Positions 10,540-24,840 of a stretch of 64,000 nt of DNA are shown here, piece after piece (the stretch's first letter is position 1; each line of letters opens with the position of its first letter). Both the position numbers and the translations under genes were made by a program. The stretch lies in assembly GCA_964016885.1 (NCBI GenBank), contig OZ024742.1, positions 292,206,001 to 292,270,000 on the forward strand, given 5' to 3'. The stretch comes from Eledone cirrhosa (lineage: Eukaryota). The notes below the pieces were generated by a model. That model was not told the origin of the DNA, ran no database searches, and saw only the letters and a program-made list of their open reading frames with translations.

Positions 10540-12573
10540 TTACCCCATTTTTAAGCGATGTGTACAACTTATCGTCGTTTTAGCTCTGCTGTTGATGAGC
10601 TCGTGGGGTGCAGTTATGATCTGGTAGAGCTCCATGAGGCAAAGATCGCAGTTCCTCTTGAAGTTGTACGGTGCAGCCCTGCCGACAATATCCCAGTGCG
10701 TGGAGAAGCTGATGTTTAAGTCTTTTAATGATGCGATGTAGTCCGCGAGCGAAGTGGAGTGTCTTAATTTCTTATTTGTGAAAGAGTGGAGATGTGTTCG
10801 GAATCTAATTTTGAACGGGCCAGAGGTAGCCCCTATATAATGTTTAACGCTATTGTGGCTAGTTACAGTGCACCTATATATAACCCTATCAGTCAAGCAG
10901 TATCCTCTAAGGAGGCAGCGTCCCCTGTCGCGGCAGTTGCAATTTATGTCGCGGTTCCTTCTAGTTCCCACGGTAAGGCTATCATTATTGCTATCTACGT
11001 TGTTATCTACGCTCCCGCACCTATCGTTAGCACCATTATAACCCACTGTGCACGGGGTGGTACGATTATTATTCTGCACGTCATGTCCTGCATGTTCCCC
11101 AGTCATGTCGCGGTTATGCTGGTTGCGTCTGTAGAGGCTGTTGCCAGCACTATTGGATGCTGCTAGGGAGTCGTTAAGGCCGATATAGTTATTGTCAGGT
11201 GTAGGTGCGTCTGTGCTAAGGTGCTGCGTCTTGGTGATCTTACTGTGATTAGTTGTTCCTATGATGTCTGCTAGGTTAGGGTTAGTAGAGAAGGATATTT
11301 TTATATTGTTCCTATTAAGGATTTTTCTATACCTATGGTTGGGCGGGAAGTTCTTCTCTAAGGCTTCAAAGAATATATCCGGCGTATGTTGGAGGCCACA
11401 CTCCGAGAGTAGGGGGGGGGGGCATAGGACGTTACGGCGGCGATTACGTGTCCTTGTACGTTTGCTACGGGTGGTTCCATCAAGGTGACCGTTCTTATGC
11501 ATGTTAATGCGCTGTAGCCCATTACGTTCCCCTTACACATTATGCTCGGGTGCACTCTTCTTCCTTCTTCTATGTTTATGTACAGGAAGATGTTGGTAGG
11601 AAGGTGTTGGTAGTAGGCCGTCGCCTTTGTTGATTTTATAGTAGGGGAATAATTCAAGTAGGCTACAGTGGTCACTGTCACCGTGGTCGTGATCTTTATT
11701 GTGTGGTAAGTTACCTATACCATCGCCAGTGTAATTAACGTTGCGGCCGTGTTCCTTAGTGCGATTATCTATACTATTATATCCGACTCCTACAAAGTCG
11801 CCGCGTGATCGGTTATAGGTATGGCTTACTATAACGTTCGTCTTATGAGGGGGGTGGTTTCTAGAGCTAGCGTTAGGGATGTAGGAAATTCCTCGGTTAA
11901 AGCCAGCGCTTATCAAGGCCCTATTATAGTAATCTGCCGCTTGGTTGAAGATATCCTCATTGGCGGAGAGCCTCGAGATTCTATGTGAGATGCTATAGAC
12001 TATGGAGTTGAGAGTCTGCTTAGGGTGGTTGGAGGGATAATTAATACAAGAAAGGCACTCTCCAGGCTTATGGTATGGCTTGTATAGGCCCGTACTCAAC
12101 TCCAGGGTCACGTCCAGGAAGTTGACAACCTGGTGGTTGAGGTCTATAGTTACGGATAGGCCGTATGACTTGAAGAACCTGTGTATATGCTTGTTAAGGT
12201 TCTCTATCCTACGAGGGCTATGGTTCCTAAAGGTAAACAGGGCGTCGTCCCTATATACACCTCCCTGTAGGGCCGGTATCTCGCCCCTAAGCTTATGGAG
12301 GAGGTATATTCCGACCAGGTCAGTTGCTTGCGCTGAGTCGTTGGACCCCATCGTGATATCGAAGTTATCAAGACGGTTGGTTCTGGTCCAGTGGGAGCCT
12401 TCGAACTGGATAATGGTTCTACGCGCCGCTAGAACTATGTCTATTTCTTTTTTAGTGAGGCTAGTGTTAGATTTAGCTAATATGAGTGCCTTATTTAAGA
12501 GTATGGGGGAGATAGAGGCGTAGTAACTATCTATGTCAAACTGGATGAACTTCAGGGTCGCTTTATCAAGCAA
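10540..12573 (-). pseudogene. Penelope-like RT and GIY-YIG endonuclease (frameshifted near 11500-11700)
   Basis: IQFDIDSYYASI, ITMGSNDSAQATDLVG, VYRDDAL, VNFLDVTL; CNCRDRGRCLLRGYCL, VIYRCTV...HYIGATSGPFKIRFRTH, CDLCLME. Confidence 0.88.
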
Positions 12574-12851
12574 CTCTGTGAACCAATTTATGACCTGGTC
12601 GGTGTTGCCCCAGAGGCAGACCTTAGCCTTTCTATTAAGCTCCAGTAGTACTCTATCGATATATATATATATATATATAAAGATTGGTGCTTAATTAGTT
12701 CATTGTTTTACGACCGTTTTAGAAGGTTGATTGATCACGATAGATCAATATATTGTCTAACTAACAGTGGTTATGCAACCACATAATGAAATAATTAAGC
12801 ACCAACCTTCGCCTTTTGTTTTTCATTATTCATAACATATATATATGTATA

Positions 12852-12904
<53 letters not shown>

Positions 12905-13269
12905 AAATATATATGATCATTACTCTTTTAATAGCTAACCATCATAAGACCTGTATTGGTTGAGAGCACGAGATTCAAATTATAAACAATGTTTATATTT
13001 TTTATTCAAGTGATAAACAGTATTTTATTACTTCTTCTGACAATGATATTTTATTAATATATATACATATATAAAAATACCATCATAGTTATTTATGTTA
13101 GTACATTATACTTTGTAGTATATACATGTGTGTTTATGTATGTATGTATATGTGTGTGTATGTATGTAGATTTGAATAAAGGATGTTATTCATGGATTTT
13201 TTCCCTCTGATATAAAGCCAGAATATCTGTGTATTGCGATGGAAAATAAATCACTGCAATGTTGAGAAA

Positions 13270-14268
13270 ATAACAACAATAGCTACATAATAAACAACCG
13301 CAACAACAACAACAACAATAACAATACCACCTACAACAGTAGCAACACCAATAACTATAACAACAACACCAACAAATATAACAACACCTATAACTATAAC
13401 ACCAACAACTATAACAACAACACCAACAACAATAACAACAACACCAACAACTATAACACCAACAACACCAACAACTATAACAACACCAACAACAATAACA
13501 ACACCATCAACAACAATAACAACACCATCAACAACTATAACAAGAATGGCAGCTATAACGACAATATAGTAAACAACAACAGCAACAACAAAAATAATGG
13601 CAACAGTAACAACAACCACAACAACAGCATCACCAGCAATACCAACAACAACAAAAGCAAGCAATAAACAAGGGAACAAGGTGACCAAAATAACACATAC
13701 ATGTGATGAAATTGCAATAAGGTAGTGGTGGTGGTGGTTGTGGTGGTGGTGGCAGTGGCGGTGGCAGTGGTGGTGGTGGTAGCAGTGGTGGCAATGTTGG
13801 TGGCAGTGGTGGTGATGTTAGTGGTGGTGATGGTGGTAGTGTTGGTGGTGATGGTGGTGGTGGTGATGGTGGTAGTGACGGTGAGGATGGTAGTGGTGGT
13901 GATGATGGTGGTGGTGGTGATGATGGTGGTAGTGGTGGTGATGATGGTGGTAGTGGTGGTGATGATGGTAGTGGTGGTGGTGATGGTGGTAGTGGTGGTG
14001 ATGATGGTAGTGGTGGTGGTGATGGTGGTAGTGGTGGTGATGATGGTGATGGTGGTAGCAGTGGTGATGGTGGTAATGATGGTGGTGGTGATGGTGGTAG
14101 TGGTGGTGATGGTGGTAGCGGTGGTGGTGATGGTGATGGTGGTAGTGATGGTGATGGTGATGGTGGTAGTGGTGGTGATGATGGTGGTGGTGATGGTGGT
14201 TGTGGTAGTGCTGGTGGTGATGGTGATTGTAGTAGTGGTGGTGGTGGTGGTTGCAGTGGTGGTGATTG
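13270..14268. repeat. Degenerate (ACA)n tract (about 13270-13660) followed by a (GGT/GAT)n tract (about 13720-14268)
   Basis: Trinucleotide low-complexity sequence; source of the poly-V/T/H/P ORFs. Confidence 0.9.
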
Positions 14269-14576
14269 CAGAAAGCAGGAAGAAGCAAAGAATAGAAGAA
14301 AAATGTAATTCCAATAATCTGTCCGACACCAAATTTGTTTTGGTGAAATAATTAGATGAAAGTTCTCCAGGTTCATCACGGTGAAAATACTATTGAATAT
14401 AAACTGGGTAAATAGAGGAAATTCTGCTTGTTTTGGCACCATGGAAAATTAGTAAGTGGTCGTTAGTGATATTTGGATGGTTATCAAACCTTACAAGACC
14501 AATCATAGAGTTCTTTACTAATACACTTTACAGATTTTGTACTTTGAATCCTTTTATTGGCTGAAGTCATTAGACG

Positions 14577-14760
14577 ACAGCCATGTTGGGGTACAACCAT
14601 GCTGGGGTACAGCCAATGCTGGGATACAGCCATGTTGGGGCACAGTCATGCTGGGGCACAGCCTTGTTGGGACACAGCCATGCTGGGGCAGAGCCATGCT
14701 GAGATACAGCCATGCTGGGGTACAGCCATGCTAGGGTAGAACCATGCTAGGGTAGAGCTG
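14577..14760 (+). repeat. Minisatellite of about 16-17 bp (cagccatgctggggta), about 11 units
   Basis: Direct inspection of the tandem units. Confidence 0.85.
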
Positions 14761-15507
14761 TGAGAGGTTTTAGCCAATCATATCAACCCCCAGTACTTAT
14801 TCTTTTCAAATCTGGTACTATGTTATTGATCTATGTTTGTTAAACTGTTAACTTACATAACATAAACAGATACAAGTTGCAGATGCACACAGACACAGAG
14901 ACACACACACACACATCCTCATCATCGTTTAACGTCCATTTTTTAGATGAGTTGTCTCACTGTGAGACAAGCCCTGGATGCCCTTCTTAATGCCAACAAC
15001 ATTTACAGTGTGCACTGAGTGCTTATTTTCATGACACCTACACACCCACTTGGGGACTGAGTGGTTTTTGTCGTGAACCCTACATGACCACTTTACAGTG
15101 TGTACTTGCATATGAAGAGTTGTACCCCGCTGCCTCTGCTGGAATCTGCTAGACGGAGCTAGCTGTCAACCTTTCAATATTCATAGCTAAGCTTTCCAAC
15201 TGTTGTGGGGAAAAAAACCCTGAATACCCCCACGTTACTAAAAGTGGACTAGATAAAACTCTATAAATAAGAACTGAAGTGAACTGTCACGGGAACTGTG
15301 TGTATAGAGTCTTGTTGTAGTCTCTCATTGGTAGTTTGGAATTACGCCTGGTGAATACCTTGGGTGTTACCCTTGCCTCATACAGATTTACAAGCAGGTG
15401 TGTCACACCATCATAACACATACCGTATATCATTGGATATACGAAATTCACATAATTGTATGTATACAGCTATGTTGGAACTAAAATTTTAATTCTAAAT
15501 GTCTTCA

Positions 15508-16080
15508 GGCACTTACAGCCCTCGACCAGTCGAGCAATACAATCACTGGAAACTCCACCTTGGCTTTCTATAGAGGATTAATGGAAGGAAAGAGCAACAA
15601 CGTCCTTGGGGAGACTCTAGGCATCGACAAAAACCAACTAGCCAATCACTTTGGGAAAACTTTCAGGCCAGGGCCCATGGACAACTTCCAGAAATCCCTG
15701 GCCTGGCAGTGCTACCAAGGAGCCTCGCCAGTTCGGGATAGACTCTACAGGCATGGAAGTGCTGTCAGCCGAGCTTGTCCGAGATGCGCACAGGGCGATG
15801 AAACCGTCCTGCACGCACTCGTCCAGTGTCCGAGCATTGCTGATTTGTGGGTTTATGCCGAACACCTGCTGTCACATGTAGAATGGATCCGGCTATCAGC
15901 TGAGTCCATCGTGAAGATTGTCCCACCGCCTTCCTTTAGCCGAGAAGGGCAGGCCTGGTGGCCATGGTAAAAGAGATTGTATGGTGGACACGTCTGAAAG
16001 GGTTGAGGACCGGTACTTTCCTCTTCGGTGACACCCTCATTAACTCAGGGCGGAGAGGGAAGTGCTGACCTCCAGCCAGT
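15508..16080 (+). mobile_element. Tx1/L1-type non-LTR retrotransposon fragment (C-terminal zf-RVT region)
   Basis: ORF 15560-15970: KSLAWQCYQGASPVRDRL...CPRCAQGDETVLHALVQCP (CCHC zinc knuckle). Confidence 0.75.
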
Positions 16081-16143
16081 TAACCTCGGCGGGATTTGAA
16101 CTCAGAATGGCAAGGGTTGTAACTCTGAATAATAATAATAATA

Positions 16144-17152
16144 ATAATAATATCAATAATGATTTCTTTATTAACCACAAGGGTTTACATAAAGTAGACA
16201 TTAAGGACAGTGCAGGACAATACAGGACGATACAAATGGGCATTTCTGCGTGTAAAAAACAAAAACAGAGGATGTAACAAAAAAATAACAATGAAAAATT
16301 CCCCAATAGGGGGGAGACTTCGGAGGGACATATCAATAATAATAATTGTTCCTACTTTAAGCACAAGGCCAGCAATTAACCAGTGCATTACTGGTACTTT
16401 ATTTTATCGACCTCGTAAGGATGAAAGGCAAAGTAAACCTCGGGGATTTGAACTCAGATCGTAAAGGGACGTAACTATGCTGGAAAGCATGGCGTCCGAC
16501 TCTCTACCGATACTGCAAATCCACACTTTCTTTATTAACCACAAAGGTTGACACAAAGTATAACATTAAGGACAACACAGGACAATACAAATGGGCATTT
16601 CTGCGTGTAAAAAAAACAAAAACAGAGTGTGACAAAAGGAAACAATGAAAAATTCCCAATAGGGGGGAGACCTCTGAGGGTTGCTCGTGGAGAAAGCCCA
16701 CAAGAAAAGCCACGGTTACCCTGACCGCTAGGGCAAATGCCCTCTTCCAGTTTTCCTCCTACAATGCTACAGGCACACGCTCAGGGTAGACCCTTTCACA
16801 TGGGCCATTCTTGCCTCTCTCATCCACCTTTCAACAAACTGGCTGGAGGTCAGCACTTCGTTGAAAGGTGGATGAGAGAGGCAAGAATCACCTGTGCGAA
16901 TGGGCCTACCCTGAGTATGTAGTATGGAAGGTGGACAACTGGAAGAGGGTGCTTGCCCTAGTGGTAAGGGTGACCATGGCTTATTGTGGGCTTTCACCAT
17001 GAGTAACCCTGGGCAGTCTCCCCACCCCATTGGGGAATCTTTTTTGTTTCTATTTTCTTGTTACATCTTTTGTTATTGTAATTTAGTTCTTCTTTACATG
17101 CAGAAACCACCATTTGTACCTTCCTTAATGTTTTCCTTTATGTAAACCCTTG
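16144..17152. mobile_element. Three 3'-end fragments of the Tx1-like element (16144-16330 -, 16525-16858 -, about 16858-17152 +) interleaved with SINE A copies
   Basis: Shared tail (tggttaataaagaaa, cagaaatgcccatttgtat, cctattgggg). 16838-16858 is the reverse complement of 16060-16080. Head-to-head inverted pair centred near 16850. Confidence 0.7.
16340..16520 (-). mobile_element. tRNA-derived SINE, family A
   Basis: Matches the copy at 4648-4834. Confidence 0.8.
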
Positions 17153-17338
17153 GGTGGTGAATTGGCAGTATCGGTAGAGCATCAGATGCCATGCTTTGCA
17201 GCATAGAGTTACGGCCCTTTACGGTCTGAGATCAAATCCCACTTTGCTTTTCATCCTTATGGGGTCGATAAAATAAAGCACTAGTAATGCACTGGGGTGG
17301 TTGCTGGCCTTTTGCCAAAAGTAGAAACTATTATTATT
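17153..17338 (+). mobile_element. tRNA-derived SINE, family A
   Basis: ggtgaattggcagtatcggtagagc...ggggtcgataaaataaagc...gtagaaactattatt. Confidence 0.8.
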
Positions 17339-18756
17339 TTCTAGTTCACTGTCATTTTGATAATTGATATCAATATTTATCAGAGCAGAGAATTTTTCAT
17401 TCTGCCTAATTGTGTGTTATTTATACATACTTGAGCAGTTTTTAGTTATGTATAGGAGATAGGGGATGATTACACTGAAAATGTGTAATTAATTAGACTG
17501 TTAATTAATTTTCTTGAGATTAAAGTAACATACCTTACACAGAGATGAGATATGAATAGAATATACAAGGAATAAGTAAAATTTATATGGAATTTTGGAC
17601 TTGATATGAATTAAAGAAGGGCACTATTGCTAAATATAAGAAACCCATAAACTTAGGAAAATTAACAAAGAAAAGACAATGAACGAAAACAAGGCAGAAC
17701 GAAAGAAATTTTTTTGAAGGGGAAACCATAAAAAATATTTTTGAAAATATAAATACAAACGAAAGACACAGAACTCCAAAGTCTTCAGCCATCGAGATAG
17801 ACTTTCGCAGTTTTGACCCCTACCAATGGTACTGCTAGTCTACTCGGTGTCACAGCGTGTGACATAAGCCAAAGTGCTGTCTGAGGAGTAAAAGACACGA
17901 CAAAACAATATCTTATAGTAATTAAGCTATAACAGTTACTATAAGTGTTACTGTTGTTTGATCAATGGTACAGCTTGCTCATGAAATTAATGCTTAAGTG
18001 GCTGAGCATTCCACAGGCATGTATACCCTTAATGAAATTCTCAGGTAGATTCAATGTGACACAGTGTGTACAAGGATGGTCCTTTGAATTACTGGTACAG
18101 TCCAACCATTGGGCTTCCACACAGTTTCTATCTACCCAATTTCACTAACAAGGCATGGGTCAACTTGAGACTATATTAGATGCAACATAATGGGAATGAA
18201 CCCGATAGCTAATGATTGCAAATCAAACTTCTTAACCATTTGACCATGTTGTGTCTATACATATAGACTGGACAGAAGTCAGTCAACTTTACACAGACCT
18301 ATTTTTTATCTTTAATACAAGATGGCTTCTTGCCAGAAAATTCTTTTCTTTTTTTCTGTTGTTTGGTATGTAAAAAAATCAATGAGTTTGTTGAAATACA
18401 TATACAAAGAATACAAAAGCTATATTTTTGCCAAAATCTATAGAAGTCCAACAATATATTATCATGTTTAATATAGCTACTTGAGAAAACTGACAAGGCA
18501 ATATTATTACAATTCAACTGTGTCATGCTAAATATCCTTTGGAATGCTCAACTGCATACACATAAATATTATAAACAGGCTGTTCTATTTAGTATACAAC
18601 TGGAACATTCAACATATAGTGGCACCAACATTATCACTTTACAGGGTGGGCTTGGTGTATTTTATCACAGAACCACATAGCACTATATATATATATATAT
18701 TAAAGAGTTGGGACCTGACAGCTGAGCTATTGCCATACTGATTGCTGAAGGGTTTG

Positions 18757-18810
<54 letters not shown>

Positions 18811-18813
<3 letters not shown>

Positions 18814-19563
18814 ATTGTTTTTTTGTGTGGTTGATTATGCTAATTGGGAGAGGAAATGGTGTATATATATTATCAATTCTATGGACATACTTTATAGTAT
18901 ATTGCTCTGATATTTCAATTTATTAATTCATCATTGAGCCACATCGTGAATGGTTGCCAAAACATATATATCTGTGACTTTGTCTAGTTTATGTATATGT
19001 AAATCTTTATATTTGATAATCTCCCATAAGGTTGAGATGCAATTTGGGCAATATTGGGCTGCGCTTTCTAGCAACCAGCCGACTCGCCATAGGCACCAAT
19101 CATAACTCTGCCACGTCACAGTTCTTAACCATTTTGAATTCGTTTCTGGCGGGGATCATTTAGGAAAATTCTTTGTCCAAGTGAGTTTGTTTCCTAACGA
19201 GTTCGAAGCTCAAGAATTTATCCCTGATAGGATATTTCCGAAAGCGAACGAAACCCCAAGGGTAGAAACGTAATCCTGGTGTGTATGCATTTTTTCTTCT
19301 AACTTTAATTTTATACCTAATTGTGTATGGTTGACGGTATATTTAATCGATTTCCACGTGCTATTGAAATGTTGGGTAAATATTCTATGGTGGTTGACCG
19401 TGAATAGATGGCTGTCATTTATTTATCCACTATTTCTTCATAGGTGCCTTTTAATCTTATAGCCTGGTTTAATTGGTTTTTAGTGTGGTTGATTATGCTA
19501 ATTGGAAGAGGAAATGGTGTATATATATATTATCAAATGATTCTATGGACATACTTTATAGTA
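18811..19563 (+). mobile_element. (TA)n-flanked HHR-bearing unit with an about 90-bp terminal direct repeat (period about 660 bp)
   Basis: 18811-18900 is repeated at about 19469-19563; HHR at 19189-19269. Confidence 0.75.
19189..19269 (+). ncRNA. Type I hammerhead ribozyme with G5A core change and branched stem II
   Basis: gtttc-CTAACGA-gttcg...cgaac-GAAA-ccc-caa-ggg-TA-gaaac; all three stems are Watson-Crick. Confidence 0.75.
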
Positions 19564-19599
19564 TATATATATATATAAATCAAACCCTTCAGGATATAT

Positions 19600-20395
<796 letters not shown>

Positions 20396-20404
20396 TATAT
20401 ATAC

Positions 20405-20505
<101 letters not shown>

Positions 20506-20516
20506 CATATATATAT

Positions 20517-20852
20517 ATCATCATCATCATCATTTCATTTTACGTCCACTTTTTCCCTGCTTGCAAGGGTGGGACGGGAACTGATTCTGGCTTGATTTCT
20601 ACAGCTGGATGCCCTTCCTAACACCAACCTCATTTACAGTGAGTGATGGGTGCTTTTTTGCTGTGGCACCTCCTCGACCACTTTGCAGTGGAATGATAGG
20701 GACCGCAGTCCCTGTCATCTCATTTCTACAGCTGAGTAAACTGGAGCAATGTGAAATAAAGTTTCTTGCTCAAGGAAACAACACATCATCCGGTCTAAGA
20801 ATTGAACTCACAATCTTTCGATTGTGAGGCCAATGCTCTAACCACTAAGCCA
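20517..20852 (-). mobile_element. SINE family B
   Basis: Matches 5032-5378; flanked by (TA)n. Confidence 0.85.
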
Positions 20853-20940
20853 CATATATATATACACATATATATATACATATATATATACACATATATA
20901 TACACACATATATATACATATACATATAAATATACATATA

Positions 20941-22428
<1,488 letters not shown>

Positions 22429-22439
22429 CATATATATAC

Positions 22440-22527
<88 letters not shown>

Positions 22528-23084
22528 TATGAAGAGAGAAGAAACATTTAGATATAATTAGTAATAAAATGTATCATACCTAAACTGCTCCTAAATTCCT
22601 CGACTACGTAGTTTCGTGGCATAAACAAAAACAATATATCAAAGATATAGAGTCCTTGCGAGGTCTGCCAACTTATCAAGAGGATACCTCATTTTACTAG
22701 TCTCAAGAACGCGTCTACACGACGTGAGAAAGAATCCCAAAAGGCGGAGGGGGAGATAGTCACGCGATATAACGGTCGAGAAACAGAGCTAAGCCTCTTA
22801 TAACCACGAAGAAAATACCACGGAGGCGGAGGGGGTATTCATATCGAGGCCGTAGAAGAGGTAGTGAAGAAGGCGAGAAGTATGAGTAATGGAAGCTTTC
22901 CAGTTGTCCCCACACTTCAAAGATTGCTCGACCAGAGGGAGTTATTAATATATTTAGAAACACACAGATACATGCGGACACACACATATATACATGAATG
23001 CATTGGCACCCTTAACTCACAGTTGGGTGCGGATGCATTCATGTATATATGTGTGTGTCCGCATGTATCTGTGTGTTTCTAAAT
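22528..23084 (-). mobile_element. (TA)n-flanked HHR-bearing unit with terminal fold-back hairpin (about 22950-23084)
   Basis: HHR at 22597-22684; about 50-bp inverted arms tatttagaaacacacagatacatgcgg.../...ccgcatgtatctgtgtgtttctaaata. Confidence 0.72.
22597..22684 (-). ncRNA. Type I hammerhead ribozyme, U3-A8 covariant, multibranch stem II, GUC cleavage site
   Basis: Minus strand: tcctc-TTGATAA-g(t)tggca...tgccac-GAAA-ctacgtag-TC-gagga. Perfect 5-bp stem I; palindromic ACTACGTAGT stem III. Confidence 0.82.
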
Positions 23085-23172
23085 ATATATATATATACAT
23101 ATACATATATATATACTTATATATATATATATATATATATACAAATATATATATATATATAATATACATATA

Positions 23173-23246
<74 letters not shown>

Positions 23247-23317
23247 CAAACCCTTCAGCAATCAGTATGGAGCTAGCTGTTGAAATGGCAATAGATTAGC
23301 TGTCAGGTCCCAACAGG

Positions 23318-23575
23318 TGAAGGCGCATGGCTTAGTGGTTAGAGCATTGGCTTGCAAATCGAAAGGCTGTGAGTTCAATTCTCAGACTGGGTGATGTGTT
23401 GTTTCCTTGAGCAAGACCCTTTATTTCATGTTGCTCCAGTTTACTCAGCTGTAGAAATGAGTACAGACCTGCCCGCCTAGCCAGTGGGATGGCATTATCT
23501 TATGGCTAAAACAACACGACGTGCTGTGACCAGCGATGCCGATTGCCGCCTGACAGACTGGTCGGTCAAGGTGAT
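23318..23575 (+). mobile_element. SINE family B head and middle with a different 3' tail
   Basis: tggcttagtggttagagc...ccttgagcaagac...cagctgtagaaatgag, then a tail unlike the RTE 3' UTR. Confidence 0.7.
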
Positions 23576-23589
23576 ATATATATATATAT

Positions 23590-24235
23590 CAGGGATCAGA
23601 TGTTGTTTACTCGAGAGAAGGCTACGTTGGTATGGACACGTGATGCGCATGAAAGTCGATAGCTGTATAACAAAGTGCAGGGCAATAAAGATAGACGGTA
23701 GTCACGGAATAGGCAGACCTAGAAAAACCTGGGACGAGCTGATAAACTCCGACATCACACACTTACACCCCTCCAAGACAATGTCACTGGACCGAGACCT
23801 GTGGCGGTACTCAGTAACAGAGAAGACCCGCCTTACCTAAATATATAGTAAAACCTACTCCAGCCAGTAGGCATCTCTAACAAAATACACCCCGTCCCAC
23901 CACCACCACCCCCGTCCCACCACACCACCCCTCCTATGTAAAGTTATGTTGGTGCCGCGCCATCGAGGCCGAAACAAATGAGATCGTGTAGGTGTCACGA
24001 CAAAAAAACACACAGTCCACGCTGTAATGTGGCCGTGTAGGCAACACGGTAAAAACCTCCCAGACCCACACTGTAAATGTGGTTGGTGTTAGGAAGGGCA
24101 TCCAACTGTAGAAAACCTGCCAGACAGTCCTATGCGAGCAAGACAATCACTCTTGCCTCAAGTGGGACTACCCCCGTCCAAACCCATGCAAGCGTGGAAC
24201 ACGGACGTTAAACGTTGATGATGATGATGATGATG

Positions 24236-24237
<2 letters not shown>
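23590..24237 (+). mobile_element. RTE LINE subfamily 2, 3' fragment
   Basis: GIRCCLLERRLRWYGHVMRMK...GRPRKTW; 3' UTR matches the copies at 44455-46107 and 55056-56742. Confidence 0.88.
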
Positions 24238-24275
<38 letters not shown>

Positions 24276-24305
24276 CACTTTGACCAATCACCTTGACACC
24301 CATAA

Positions 24306-24805
24306 TCTGGCATGACACCCATAATTTTGATTTAGATTAAATTCATTTGATTTATCTTAATTTTGGATATAGATATATAAATACGGCTCCTTAATTGTAG
24401 AGCTAACTCTGTTGAAAGGACTCGACTGCTGTTTCTAGTTGTCGATAACCCTATTCACGCCACTGGGACAAAGCTAGTATGATGTGTGTATTTCTAGTAG
24501 ATATAACACGTGGTGCTGGCCAGTCGCTGATTTGAACTTGAAGTGTAAACACGGATCACTGGAACTTCTTCCTTCTTGAAAATCCAAGTCTCCACTTCCG
24601 TGGTTTACCATCCGATTAATTGGTGAAATATATTTCTTTAATGGAATATATACAGGGAAGATTAATCATATTATAAGGTATCTATTTTTGAAGTTCTGGT
24701 CAACTTTATTTAGTTACCTACCTAGCTATATGTGGTTACACACTTGTAAAAATTATCTCCTGTGATTATTTATGTTTATTTATATGTTAATCAATTTCTA
24801 GTTAT

Positions 24806-24806
<1 letters not shown>
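24306..24806 (+). repeat. Partial copy of the 568-bp (TA)n-associated unit seen at 37323-38164
   Basis: Near-identical to 37661-38162. Confidence 0.85.
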
Positions 24807-24837
<31 letters not shown>

Positions 24838-24840
24838 AAA

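Larger units (their letters stand above)
9890..12660 (-). mobile_element. Penelope-like retroelement 2 (different lineage), 5'-truncated, with 3' pLTR
   Basis: RT ORF 11533-12573; GIY-YIG ORF 10540-11502; pLTR region about 9890-10530 with HHR; 5' end abuts (TA)n. Confidence 0.9.

Noticed and set aside
13251-14442. Long poly-Val/Thr/Pro/His ORFs
   Set aside because: Open in several frames because of trinucleotide repeats; no coding evidence.
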